64,000 nt of DNA, from positions 95,392,718 through 95,456,717 of the forward strand of contig NC_092374.1 of assembly GCF_030028105.1 (NCBI RefSeq), read 5' to 3'. This stretch comes from Mobula birostris. Its lineage: Eukaryota. A program made the position numbers and the translations under genes. Each line of letters begins with the position of its first letter. The first letter of the stretch is position 1. A model generated the notes under the pieces. That model was not told the origin of the DNA. It did no database searches and saw nothing but the letters and a program-made list of their open reading frames with translations. This document shows positions 12,001 to 23,700 of the stretch, piece after piece.

Positions 12001-15000
12001 CTGCACGAGAGGGAAACCAAATTATTATCAAGCTGCCGAAAAACCCTGGGCTTCCCCACCCCCCCACTACTCAAAGACAAGACTGAACTACCCCACCCAC
12101 CCACTCGACCAGCTCCTGTGGAAGGGGACACCAAGGAAAGGAGCACCATCAAATGGACTACACAAATGGGACAGCCAGTCTCCCAGATCCAACCTTGATG
12201 TGTGCTGCACTCACAATACGCTGGAGGAACTCAGCAGGTTGGGCAGCATCCGTAGAAACGATCAGTCGACGTTTCGGGCGGGAACCCTTTCACCCAGGAT
12301 ACTGACGAAGGGTTCCTGCCCGAAACGTCGACTGATCGTTTCCATGGATGCTGCCCGACCTGCTGAGTTCCTCCAGCATGTTCTGAGTGTTGCTTTGACC
12401 CCAGCACCTGCAGATTATTTTGTGTTCTTGATGTGTGCTGTCTGTGCAGAGTCTGCACGCTCTCCCCATGACCATGCGAGTTTCCTCTGGGTGCTCTGGT
12501 TTCCTCCCACATTCCAAAGACGTACGAGTTTGTAGGTTAGTTGGTCACATGGGTGTAACTGGGCTGGAAGGGCCCATTACCACTGTATCTCTAAATAATA
12601 AATATATGAAGCTGTTGGTAATGTGAAGAGAATAATTAAACTAATAATGGAATTAAGTGGCGGTGAGTTGATGGCTGGCACAGAAAGACCTGTCTCCAAC
12701 TCGGCTGACTACGAGTCTGCAATCAGGGAGGCCGAACTTAAACTTTGCAGTGTAACAGCCATGTCATTGGACCAGCAGCCACTGGCCCCCGAGACTGTAG
12801 TTTGAATCTAAAAACGCTAACTGTGGAATTTCAATTGATGGTAACGGTAACCATGTGACAAAACAACTCTTGAGTTTCTCCCGGCACCACACACAAAATG
12901 CTGGAGGAATTCAGCAGGCCAGGCAGCATCCATGGAAAAAGGATTGACATTTCGGGCCCAGACCCTTTAGCAGGACTGGAGAAAAAAGGATGAGTAGTAG
13001 ATTTAAAAGCTGGGGGGAGGGGAGAGAGAAACACAAGGTGAAACTGGGAGAGGGAGGGCTAAAGAGTTGGGAAGTTGGTGAAAGAGACCAGCCATGAAGG
13101 GAAGAAAAGGACAAAGCAGCACCGGAGGGAGGTGATGGGCAGACAAGGAAATAAAGTGGGGGGGGGGGGAAGAGGGATGGGTAACAGAGAATGGGGGAGG
13201 GACATTACCAGAAGTTCGAGAAATCGATGCTCATGTCATCACGCCGGGGGCTACCCGGACAGAAGATAAAGTGTTGCTCCTCCTACCTGAGTGTGGCCTC
13301 ATCGCGACAGTAAAGAGGCCTTGGTTTGGCGAGGGAGGGAGAGGTCAAACTGTTGGGGTGGTTTTTGATTGCTCTAGATCATGGTCTCTTTGGAGGATTG
13401 CTACTCCTTGCATGTTGGTTGGGGGGGGTTGATACATTCTGCTGAGGCAGGTCGGGGAAGGGGGTCTTTAGGGGCTCTAACATTTTCCTGTCATTTGTTC
13501 TTTTTTCTTTTTTTTCTGTTTCATAGATGTCTGTGAAGAGTAAGAATTTCAGGTTGTATACTGTATACGTTCTCTGATATTCAATGGAACCATTGATCCA
13601 TTGAATGCATTGGGCCAAGACCTTTATCAGGATATTAAAGGTACTGATGAAAGGTCTTAGCCCGAAACGTTCTTTTTTTATTCCCCTCCGTAGATGTTGC
13701 CTGTCCTGCTGGGTTCCTCCAGCATTTTGTACATGTTGCTTAAGCTTTCCAGCATCTGCAGAATCTCTTGTGTTTATACCTGGTTTCTTGATGTGTCCCC
13801 TGGCACTTGACACAGCAGTACCGAGCTCCACACGACACACAGGTGTAGTTGGACGGAAAGCCACATACTGCACAGAAATGGCGCTGGGGCAGCTTGGAGG
13901 GACCCACGCAGGCCGTCAGGTAGTTTGGCCCTTCAGTTGAGCTCAGGTTCTGTTTGGCCAGAAATGAAAAACATTAATAATTCCACAACAGCCACAGATG
14001 CTGACCTCTGTATGACACCAGCCACTTGCTACTGGCAGATAAGGAATTGCAAGGGACTGGCCTGGGATCAAGGCAAGGGACGAGCATCTGGAAGGAGGCG
14101 CAGTTGGCTGAAAGAGTGAAATCACAAGGCTGGTCTCGTCCTCTCCTACGTGTTTCGTGACCTAATTGAGTGCTCAGGATAACCAAAAGAGTTGAGGACA
14201 AGACAGAGAAGATTCTCCATAGTGCATTTCCACATCGGGTGGGGGGACAAAGCTAAAATGAAGGACATTATAACTCCAGGACATCCCAAAGACCTTGAGA
14301 CAGTGACATGGTCACATTTTCTTGTGAATGCTGTTATCAAATGCTATGTGACTGTGATCTTGCTGCAGGTAAGTTTTCCCTTGCACCTATGCACACACGT
14401 GACATTTATATGACAATAAACTTGACTTTGACAAATTAATCCAACTCAGGTGACAGAATGCACCTCCTGTTGCCTTACACTTTGAATTATTATATAGATA
14501 CTGACGTTTACTCAGCTCTGTGCTGAACTGAGGCTGTTGCCTGCTCCAGCTGCAGTGATACCGGGCTTTGTGTCTGTACACTCACTTTCATTCTAAAAGT
14601 TATTTGCTTTTACTGTTTGTATGGCTCGTTTCTTTCTCTCTCTGCACATTAGCTGTTTGACTGTCTTTTTTGTAAAAATAGTTCTTTTGGGCTTCTTTGT
14701 TTCTTGGCTGCCTGTAAGGAAACAAATCTCGAGGTTGTATACAGTATTCATACTTCGATAATAAATGAAATTTGAACTGAGGGTGGTGCAAGGTTAATTA
14801 GTTCCTGATGTCATGTGGTAGGGCTCACTGATATTACGGAATCACATTGGGCTGGGGTAAGAGGCACTGTAAATGATGCTGGGCTTTGAAACTCTTGCAG
14901 AGGATCACAAGAGCAACTTTATATGTTCCCAAAACACAATGAAGTCCATTAAACAAAACCATATTATATCAGGGGCTCAACAACAGGTTCTCATTTTCAG

Positions 15001-17059
15001 ACTCGTACTAAATATCAACCTTATCAAAAAGATCCTACCCACGTGGACAGACTCTCCGAAGACAAAGGCACAGATAGGCAATAAATCTATTTGCTGCATC
15101 ACCCCGTGTGCTGTGGCAGACAAACATTCAACTTTCCAGGCACACTCCACTCACTCACAAGTACAGGAAGAACATAAGCAAATAAGCCCAACCTGTTCCT
15201 CCAACAGGGACTGGAAATTCTTGCGAAAACGCTGCTTAAAGTGATCCCCGCGTGTTTTTTTCTTCTTCTTTGCTGAAACGAGAGTCAATCACCAATGTGT
15301 TGCCAGCCAAATTAATAATCAACCCATCTCCTAAAGCAGCCTCCCAAACCCCATCTCATTGCTCATTTCCACCAGTTCCCCCCTCCATACAACACAGTAA
15401 AACTCCAGTTGCCACTCCTTCCCTCCCACTCCATTGATCCACCCATCACCCGTTCACGTTCTTCCTTCTCCTACCAGACTCAGCGTGAGGGTCGTCAAAC
15501 TGTGGCAGGCGCTTCAGCTGCGGGAGGTTGGCATGGGGATCATCCTGGAAGTTGTCCTTCTCCAAAGCGTCGAGCTGCCGGTTGAGGCGTCGTTGGCGGG
15601 TGGCCTGGTCCAGGACCCGCCGTTGCCCACCATCCTGGGACCGGCCTGAACAGAACGGGCCCCGGTAGAAGACAACAGCTGAGAGCCTGTCTCAATTTGT
15701 CCACCGAATGTCCTCTCCCTCACTCCACCCTTCCCCTTCCACCTTAACCCTCACTCTTCACTCCTTTACCTCACAACCCCAACACACTCATCTTCACCCC
15801 AAACTTGTTTCTGCATCGACTTCTCAACTTTCGTCCCCACTAACTCCATCTCGTTCCCCTCAACCCCTGCTCCTTCCCCACCCGGTCATCCTGCCCACTT
15901 CACCTCCAAAATCCCTCCTTTTCTGCCAACCCTACCCTCCCCTCCAGCCAACCCCAGACCTCCACCTTCTCCCCGCCCCTCTCCCTAACCCCACTCACCA
16001 ATTCCTCATCCCCTTCCTCCCCCTCCCCACTTCCCCCTCTCCCTGTCCCCGCTACCCCCTCCCTCTCCCCTACCCCTACTCCCTCTCTCTTCCCCTACCT
16101 CCTTCCCTCCCTCCTCCCTCCTCTCCTCCCTTCTCCCCCTCCACTCTCCCCCTCTCCCTGTCCCCCCACCCCCTCCCTCTCCCTGTCCCCCCTACCCCCT
16201 CCCTCTCCCCTACCCCTTCGCTCCCCCTACCCCTACTCCCTCTCTCTCCCCTACCCCCCTCTCTTTCCCTACCCNNNNNNNNNNNNNNNNNNNNNNNNNN
16301 NNNNNNNNNNNNNNNNNNNNNNNNNNNNNNNNNNNNNNNNNNNNNNNNNNNNNNNNNNNNNNNNNNNNNNNNNNNNNNNNNNNNNNNNNNNNNNNNNNNN
16401 NNNNNNNNNNNNNNNNNNNNNNNNNNNNNNNNNNNNNNNNNNNNNNNNNNNNNNNNNNNNNNNNNNNNNNNNNNNNNNNNNNNNNNNNNNNNNNNNNNNN
16501 NNNNNNNNNNNNNNNNNNNNNNNNNNNNNNNNNNNNNNNNNNNNNNNNNNNNNNNNNNNNNNNNNNNNNNNNNNNNNNNNNNNNNNNNNNNNNNNNNNNN
16601 NNNNNNNNNNNNNNNNNNNNNNNNNNNNNNNNNNNNNNNNNNNNNNNNNNNNNNNNNNNNNNNNNNNNNNNNNNNNNNNNNNNNNNNNNNNNNNNNNNNN
16701 NNNNNNNNNNNNNNNNNNNNNNNNNNNNNNNNNNNNNNNNNNNNNNNNNNNNNNNNNNNNNNNNNNNNNNNNNNNNNNNNNNNNNNNNNNNNNNNNNNNN
16801 NNNNNNNNNNNNNNNNNNNNNNNNNNNNNNNNNNNNNNNNNNNNNNNNNNNNNNNNNNNNNNNNNNNNNNNNNNNNNNNNNNNNNNNNNNNNNNNNNNNN
16901 NNNNNNNNNNNNNNNNNNNNNNNNNNNNNNNNNNNNNNNNNNNNNNNNNNNNNTCCCTCCCTCCATCCTCCCCCTTCCCTCCCTCCATCACACTTCCACT
17001 TCCTGCCGCTGCGCCTCACCCTCTAGTTTACCTGTGCTCTCGCGTTTTTTCTCAACCAT
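11979..17059 (-). CDS. ZNHIT1: Zinc finger HIT domain-containing protein 1 (SRCAP subunit), complete spliced gene, 5 coding exons, 156 aa
   Basis: Exons 17032-17059, 15475-15645, 15193-15272, 13780-13949 and 11979-12000 join in frame (471 nt) with GT-AG introns. Translation MVEKKRESTGRSQDGGQRRVLDQATRQRRLNRQLDALEKDNFQDDPHANLPQLKRLPQFDD...KKKKKTRGDHFKQRFRKNFQSLLEEQNLSSTEGPNYLTAC...FCAVCGFPSNYTCVSCGARYCCVKCQGTHQETRCLKWTV* closely matches vertebrate ZNHIT1 as I recall it. Confidence 0.97.
12208..12427. mobile_element. Inverted pair of Penelope pLTR ends forming a palindrome of about 180 nt
   Basis: Arms 12208-~12289 and ~12308-12389 are near-perfect reverse complements; hammerhead core CUGACGA...GAAACGUC at 12302-12329 on the plus strand. 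Confidence 0.85.
12430..12602 (+). mobile_element. HE1/V-SINE fragment
   Basis: V-domain ctccccatgacc...gtttcctctgggtgctctggtttcctcccacattccaaagacgt. Confidence 0.85.
12885..13330 (-). mobile_element. Penelope-like 3' end/pLTR in ZNHIT1 intron 4
   Basis: Same pLTR sequence; hammerhead core mutated (CUGCUAA); GIY-YIG C-terminal remnant at 13220-13310. Confidence 0.75.
13608..13776 (+). mobile_element. Penelope pLTR (short inverted stub plus direct copy) abutting the ZNHIT1 exon 4 donor
   Basis: CTGATGAAAGGTCTTAGCCCGAAACGTT at 13644-13671; terminus gcagaatctcttgtgttta, as in the copies at about 30846 and 51780. Confidence 0.8.
13780..13949 (-). CDS. ZNHIT1: ZNHIT1 exon 4 (HIT-type zinc finger)
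   Basis: NLSSTEGPNYLTACVGPSKLPQRHFCAVCGFPSNYTCVSCGARYCCVKCQGTHQETR; donor GTATAA. Confidence 0.96.
15193..15272 (-). CDS. ZNHIT1: ZNHIT1 exon 3
   Basis: tttcag acceptor, GTTGG donor; KKKKKTRGDHFKQRFRKNFQSLLEEQ. Confidence 0.96.
15475..15645 (-). CDS. ZNHIT1: ZNHIT1 exon 2
   Basis: ttctgttcag acceptor, GTAGG donor; RSQDGGQRRVLDQATRQRRLNRQLDALEKDNFQDDPH. Confidence 0.96.
15930..16274. repeat. C-rich polypyrimidine low-complexity tract (G-rich on the minus strand)
   Basis: Repeated ccctacccc/ccctctccc motifs running into the gap. Confidence 0.9.
16275..16953. other. Assembly gap (679 N) in ZNHIT1 intron 1
   Basis: Run of N flanked by C-rich low-complexity sequence. Confidence 1.
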
Positions 17060-17280
17060 GTTGCCGCTTCCCCGTGGGGGGTGGGGAGTATTTCAGCGCT
17101 GCACCGCTCGCCACTGGGTTGGGGAAACTACAACGAGGTGCACTTCCGCCTCCGTAGACAGCGGCGCCTGCGGCTGCAGGCGGGATTGCATGCAGATCCC
17201 CGCCTGCTGGAAGATTCGCGGTCGGGAGGTGCGGTGGTGCTAGGTTTGGAGATTTACAGCAGCCGAGGGAATTAGAATTT
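16990..17280. promoter_or_regulatory. CpG-rich promoter region of ZNHIT1
   Basis: Local CpG enrichment around exon 1; ACTACAA (ZNF143-type) at 17127-17133 and ETS-like CACTTCCG at 17141-17148, motifs typical of housekeeping and bidirectional promoters. Confidence 0.6.
17032..17059 (-). CDS. ZNHIT1: ZNHIT1 coding exon 1 (MVEKKREST)
   Basis: ATG at 17059; donor GTAAAC; phase 1, matching exon 2. Confidence 0.88.
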
Positions 17281-17464
17281 ATTTATAAGGGAAGATTAAA
17301 TGGAATGTTGTAAAAGCATGGATTTTAAGTTACTTGTGGAAGGGATGATCGGTGGGCTTTGAGAGCTCTCAGCCCGAGACAGAAATCCTCGCCAAGATCA
17401 TAAAATACCTGTACCCCTGTATTCGCATTTAAAGATGTACAATTTTTTGCTCTGTAACAAGCCA

Positions 17465-18170
17465 CGAACTCATGGTATTACAGGAAAGATTCTTGCATGG
17501 ATAAAGCAGTGGCTGACTGGCAGGGGGCAAAGAGTGGGAATAAAGGGAGCCTTTTCTGGTTGGCTGCCGGTGACTTGTCGTGTCCTCTAGGGTCTGTGTT
17601 GGGACCGATTCTTTTTACATTATATGCCAATGATTTGGATGATGGAATTGTTGGCTCTGTGGCAAACTTTGCAGACGATATGAAGATAGGTGGCGGGACA
17701 GGTAGTTTGAGGAAGTAGAGAGGCTACAGAAGGACAGATTAGGAGAATGGGCAAAGTGGCAGATGGAATGCAGTGTCAGGAAGTGTATGGTCATGCACTT
17801 TGGTAGAAGAAATGAAAGGGTTGACTATTTTCTAAATGAGTGGATGTGCAGAGGATGGTGGGGTTGGTCCAAGATCGGAGGGGCACAGACTCAGAATGGA
17901 GGGGTGTCCTTTTAGAATGAAAATGAGTAGGAATTTCAGAGAGTGGTGAATCTGTGGAATTTGTTGCCACAGCCAAGTCTGTATGTATACTTAAGGCAGA
18001 GGACGATGGATTCTTGATTGGTCAGGGCATGTAGGGATACGTTGGGGGGAGCGGGCGGGAGATTGGGGGACTGAAAGGAAAATTGTATCAACTGTGATGA
18101 AATGGCAGAGCAGACTCGATGGGCCAAATGGCCAAATTCTGCTCCTATACCTTATGGTCTTATGACTTGA
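17465..18170 (+). mobile_element. CR1 LINE fragments
   Basis: GSVLGPILFTLYANDLDDG..FADDMKIGG and the CR1 3' tail (cttatggtcttatg). Confidence 0.85.
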
Positions 18171-20575
18171 AAGCAGGGGTTCCAGGTTTGTAATCTCAGG
18201 ACTACTCTCTGTGCTGTGTGCTAGCAAGGTAGGAAGTAGTCCCGTTAAATACATGGCCAAGGCGCTGGTGCAGGAGGGAAGGTTTCAGATACATGGATCA
18301 CTTTGGTTGTCGTCACTGCACAGTTTTGGGAACAGCTGTGGAGGCTTGTAAACTCAACCCTCCCCACCAGCGAGGACATCTTCAAAAGGCAACAGATTAA
18401 ACAGATGAAGGGCCTTAAACATCGATGGCTTGTTCCTGCCTGGGCTGCCGAGTTCCTGCAGCATCGCGTGTGTTTGTCTTCATGAGGTGGTGTCCGTCAG
18501 TGAGGTCCCTCACCGTCCAAAATGCTCAGAGCATGGCCCCAGGGAGTCAGACCATCTGGTTTTGAGATTGGTCAATGGACACTCCTGCTTTTTGGGCTTT
18601 GACCACTTATGGATTCTCTAGTGAGCCTTTCATTCATTTGAAGGAATTTTTCACAGAACGGGGCTCCCGGAGACCCTCAGAGGGGAGCATCACCCTTGGC
18701 AGTCAATGTTCACAACTGTCGGAGTAAATGGTGCCATCTCACAAACGACATGAGACTGAGCCCTGGTGGGAAGGGCCAGGGACGGGAGGTTAGAGTACTG
18801 ATGCCTTCAAGCTCGGAGGCTCAAAAGCGGCTCATTTTGGCGTTTGAGACCTGTCTCTGCGAAGGTGGGAAAGAAGATTTTATTCTAGCTATCCTCCTTT
18901 CCCTCCCACCGCCTTCTTATTCCTTTTCTTTTCCAGCCCTGAAGAAGGGTCTGGGCCCGAAGCACCTGCTGTTCATTCACTTCTCTCGGTGCTGCCTGAC
19001 CTACTGAGTTGCTGCCACGTTCTGTGTGTGTTGCCTTGTTTTGTTATTGAAGCTTTTGTTCTGTGAACTGTGTGGACACGCTCTGCTGGCACTGCAATGG
19101 GTGGTGAAACTTGCGAGCTGCCCCCAGCACATACTTAGGTCGTGTTGGTTGTTAATTCAAACAATGCATTTCACTGTACAGAACTGTGCAAAGGTCTCAG
19201 GCACATACCTATAGTTAGAGTGCCTGAGGCATTTACACATCGCTGTTGTAGTTTAATGTATTGCACTGTACCGCTGCCACATTTAAAAAAAAAATCATGA
19301 CATATGAGTGATGATAAACCGGGTTCTGAAATGGGTCTCTAAGGTGGACCAAGTGGGAAGCGAGCGTGGAGAGGGAGCAGGAAGAGAGACGTTCTGTAAT
19401 GATCAATAAGCCAATTGTTTGGAATCAAATGATCTTGCCGGGCATCTCAGGGCTGGGTGTGTCTGCACCCACAGCACCCCTTGCTCCTGGCACTCCTCTG
19501 CCACCTGCCCCACAACCCTCCCGCAGTACTCCGCCCTTAGCATCCTCAACACCCTTTGCTCCCGTCAGATTTACAATGGCACTCTCTGCTCCTCGTTGAC
19601 AAATACAGTACTGTTCAAAAGTCTTAGGCATCCTAGCTAAATATTTGTATATATCCCTAAGACCTTTGCACAGTGCTGTGTGTCAGTATAAATGTGAGAA
19701 GGAAATGAATCTGATTTACTGGGAGAGATAGGAGGCAAACCAGCAGAGACTTTTCAGTGAAACATTAATCCCAGCTTTGCCTGCCTACAATTGTTCAGCC
19801 ACGGATTTGTCCAACAGTCAGTCAGCTCCCAACAACCACGAGCCCTTGCTCACAAGTTAGAAAATACACAAAAAAACACAAACACCTGTGACCGTACCTC
19901 CACAGGACTGTGATGAATAACATGAAAAGGTGAAAACTGATACAAACCATCATTTGAATGAGGGACAGAACTAGTTCTGCTGTTTGTATGAGGAAACAAA
20001 TGTCAAACTTCTGAATTTAATAAGATGGGGCTTGTTTATATGTAGGAATCCATAAGCTGGGTATTTGTAACGCAGGGGTGACCTGTCTAGTTTAGCTAGG
20101 ACAGTCTGGCCGCCTCTGACTATTAACTACCTCATTCAATTAAGAGGCAACAGAAAGATACCAGTAAACCGAATTAATGAATTTTTCTAGTGTTCATAGT
20201 TAGCATTACCAAGATGTTTATTCAACAGTTACTAACTGAATGTGAACTTTGGGTTCTAATTCAGTAACTTTACCACAGAAGTTTATGATGAGGTTGTCCT
20301 GACATATTTGGACAAAGCAGGCCCGAGAGAGAAAAGGTTAAAATGTAGAATACACAGGCCTGTAATAAATAGCTCTGTTTGCTGGCAACAATCAGTGGTA
20401 ACAGCTCAGTTGTCTAAACCCACAAAGTAGCACTAGCCAGAGTTTCAGTACTGAAGTAAACAAATATTCAGCTGGAGGTTGAAAGGCTGATGCTGCCCTT
20501 CCCCACCCCCACCAATTGTAGATATTTCTTCACAAAAGAATTCAACGTTCAGTATTCCAAACTTCACCATTGTAG

Positions 20576-20727
20576 CTAAACAGAGAGTCTGGCCAGTTTG
20601 TGATAAAGACTGAAGAAGGTTAGAGCCCCACAGATGACAACTCCTCCAACTAGCAGCCCAGACAGCAGGAGAGCTACAACCCCCACCAGTACCATTGATA
20701 TCAGCAGGGTTTTGTTGGTCACTTCAC
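20576..20727 (-). CDS. ZP3: ZP3-like exon 9 (transmembrane anchor and stop)
   Basis: cttcctccag acceptor; EVTNKTLLISMVLVGVVALLLSGLLVGGVVICGALTFFSLYHKLARLSV*; AATAAA on the minus strand at 20217-20222. Confidence 0.85.
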
Positions 20728-23700
20728 CTGGAGGAAGACAGAACGAAACCAGGTTAGTCTTCCAGGGAAGTGAAGACAAGGGTTGTACAAGGGGAGAGTT
20801 TTGTTCTTACCATGCCCAGGAGCCTCTTCCGCATGGGAGATGTTCTGGCTCCCCAGCCACACCCTGGGAACAGGGTCTTGGAGACTGGCAGACAAGATTT
20901 CCAGCGGTCCTATCTGAACCTCCCCTTCCATCTGCAATTGATCATCCTCAGACTGAGAGGCTATAAAAGAAAATGCAAAAGGGAACCATACACTTTGTTT
21001 GCTGGACTGAGGAAACTTTCTTAAACAGGAGCCCGAAGGGTTGAATTTAGGATTGGACAGGATTTTTCCTAGTGTGGGGAAATCTGGAATGTGGAATCAA
21101 TTTAAAAGAAAGAAGTCAACTATTTAAGACAGCAAACTGAAATCCACAAGACATAGGAGCAGATTTAGGCCAATAACCCGTTTGTTCCAGCATTCGGTCA
21201 TGGCTGATTATATTCCCTCTCAGTCCCTTTCTCCCCGTAATCTATGAACCCTCTTACTAAACAAATAACTGTCTAGGTCCACTTTAAATGTACCCAGTGA
21301 CAGTCTGCACAGGCACCTGTAGCAATGAACTCCACTGATTCACCAACCCCTGGCTAAAGAAACTCCTTCTCATCTGCCCTATAGGGACGTCCTATGCCCT
21401 CTGGTCCTAAACTCCACCACTATTGGAAACATCCTCTGCATGTCCGCTCTGTCTCGGCTTTTCAATATTTGATAGGTTTCAATAAGATGACCCCTCATTC
21501 TTCTAAACTCCAGTGTGTACAGGCCCAGAGCCAGCAAACAGTTATTGTCTGTTAACCCTTTAATTCCTGTGATCATTCTCATGAACCTCTTCTGGGTCCT
21601 CTCTATCTTTTCTTAGATGAGATTTTGCTCACAATACTCCATATGTGGTCTGACCTATGCCTTAGAAAGTCTCAGTATGTAGTGGGAACAGGGAAGAAAT
21701 TGCTGGGGCCCCAGCAAAGATAATTGTACCATAGTTAGCCTCCAATGAGGGTGGCTAGTGTGCCTCAAGGGCCGAGGACCAGCCTGGGATCTGTGGTCCA
21801 TCGCTGGTAGAACAGTTACTTGAGGGGCTTCTCAGAGATAGGATCTACCCGAATCGGAAAGGCAAGGACCTTAGGGGTAGTCAGTGTGACTTTGTGCATG
21901 AGAAGTTGTCTCAATAATTTGAGAGAGCTATTTTTGAAGCAGTGACCTAGTGGATAGATGAGGGCAAGGTGGTAAAGATGGTCCACGTGGACCTCAGCAA
22001 GGTCTTTGATGAGGTCCCACGATGAGAGGCTGGTCTGGAAGATTAGATTAGCTGCGATCTAGGACGTGCTGCCATTTGGATATGAAATTGACTTGGCGGT
22101 AGAAGGCAGAGGGTGCTATTGGAGGGATGTTGTTCTGATTGGTGGTCTGTGACCTGCGGTGTGCTGCAGGGATCAAATCTGGGTCCACTGTTGACTATCG
22201 TCTATATTAAATGGCAGCATAATGTAGTAGTCAGGGTAACACTCTACAGTGCCAGCAACTCAGGTTTAATCCCACCACTGTGAGTAAGGAGTTTGTACAT
22301 TCTCACCATGACCACACGGGTTTCCTCCAGGTGCTCCAGTTTCCTCCCACAGTCCAAAGTTATACAGGTCAGGGTGAGTAAGTTGTAGACATGCCACGTG
22401 AGCATGGGGACACTTGTAGGCTGCCCACAGCACATCCTCAGACCAGACCATGCTGGTGGTTGATGCAAACAATGTGTTTCACGGTCTGGTTCAATGTGTG
22501 TGACAAATACAACTAATCTCTGTGGATGAGAATGAACTTTAGGTAGCATAGTTAGCTTATTTGCAGATAACACCAAAAGTGGCGATGGTGAAGTGGACAG
22601 TGAAGGTTGTCCAAGATTACAACTCGATCAACTGGGAATGCGGGCCAAGGAATAGCAGAAACAATTTAACTTGAAAAAGTGAGAAGTGTTGCATTTTAGG
22701 AGCACTTTTAGTAATAGACTAAGACAACTGCTCTGCTCCAAAGAGCGCTACATGAAGTCATTCTTACCCTCAGCCATTAGGCTCTATAATGAACCAGGGA
22801 AGTGATAACCCCCTCCTGTTAGACTGTTTGAGGTAACTTACTTTTTTATTCTTTCTTACTTCTCTTCTAATATTTATATCTGTGCACTTGCAGTGCTAGT
22901 GTGACACCAATTTCCTTTGGGATCAATAAAGTACCTACCTATATCATGTTGCAATTGTACAAGTTATCAGCAAGACCACACTTGCAGTATTGTGCACAGT
23001 TTCGGTCACTTACCCAAGTTGGAAAGAGTACAGAAAAATTTCACAAGGATGTTACCGGTAATAGAGGGCTCGAGTTACAATCAGAGATTGGTACTGTTTT
23101 CCCCTGCAGTGTCAGAGGCTGAGGGGTGACATTAGAGGCCAATAAAATCACAAGCAGACAACTACTGTTGGCAGAATTTCGGATGGTGACAAGCAGGCAT
23201 ACAGCAGTGAGATAAATCAGCGGCCGAGCAGTGTCACCACAACAACTTCATACTCAACATCAGCAAGACCAAAGAATTGATTGTGGACTTCAGAAAGGGC
23301 AAGATGAGGGAACACACACCAGTCCTCAGGGGGATCAGCAGTGGAAAGGGTGAGCAACTTCCTGGGCATCACCATCTGAGGATCTATCCTGGGATCAATA
23401 TATTGATGCAATTACAAAGAAGGCACATCATTTCATTAGAAGTTTGAGGAGATTTGGTACGTCACCAAAAACACTCACAAATTTCTACAGATTAACGATG
23501 GAAACTTCTCCATGGATTGTCACCTTGTTGTGGTGGAGAGGCTTGTGTACTCCTGAAATCCCGAGAGCAATGCCGTCTGGAGCTATGCTCCTGGTAGGGT
23601 TACGCATGAAGGTAAGGTCCAGGGTGAGGTCCCTGACAAAGTACAATCCAACCAAGACCTCAACGATGGAACAGGCAGACGAAGTTACTTTGAACTTAAC

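Noticed and set aside
15708-17243. Long ORFs of 240-511 aa
   Set aside because: They span the N gap and low-complexity C-rich sequence.
19905-20015. Possible C/D box snoRNA (GTGATGA ... CTGA)
   Set aside because: No terminal stem, no recognisable rRNA antisense element and no established host intron on that strand.
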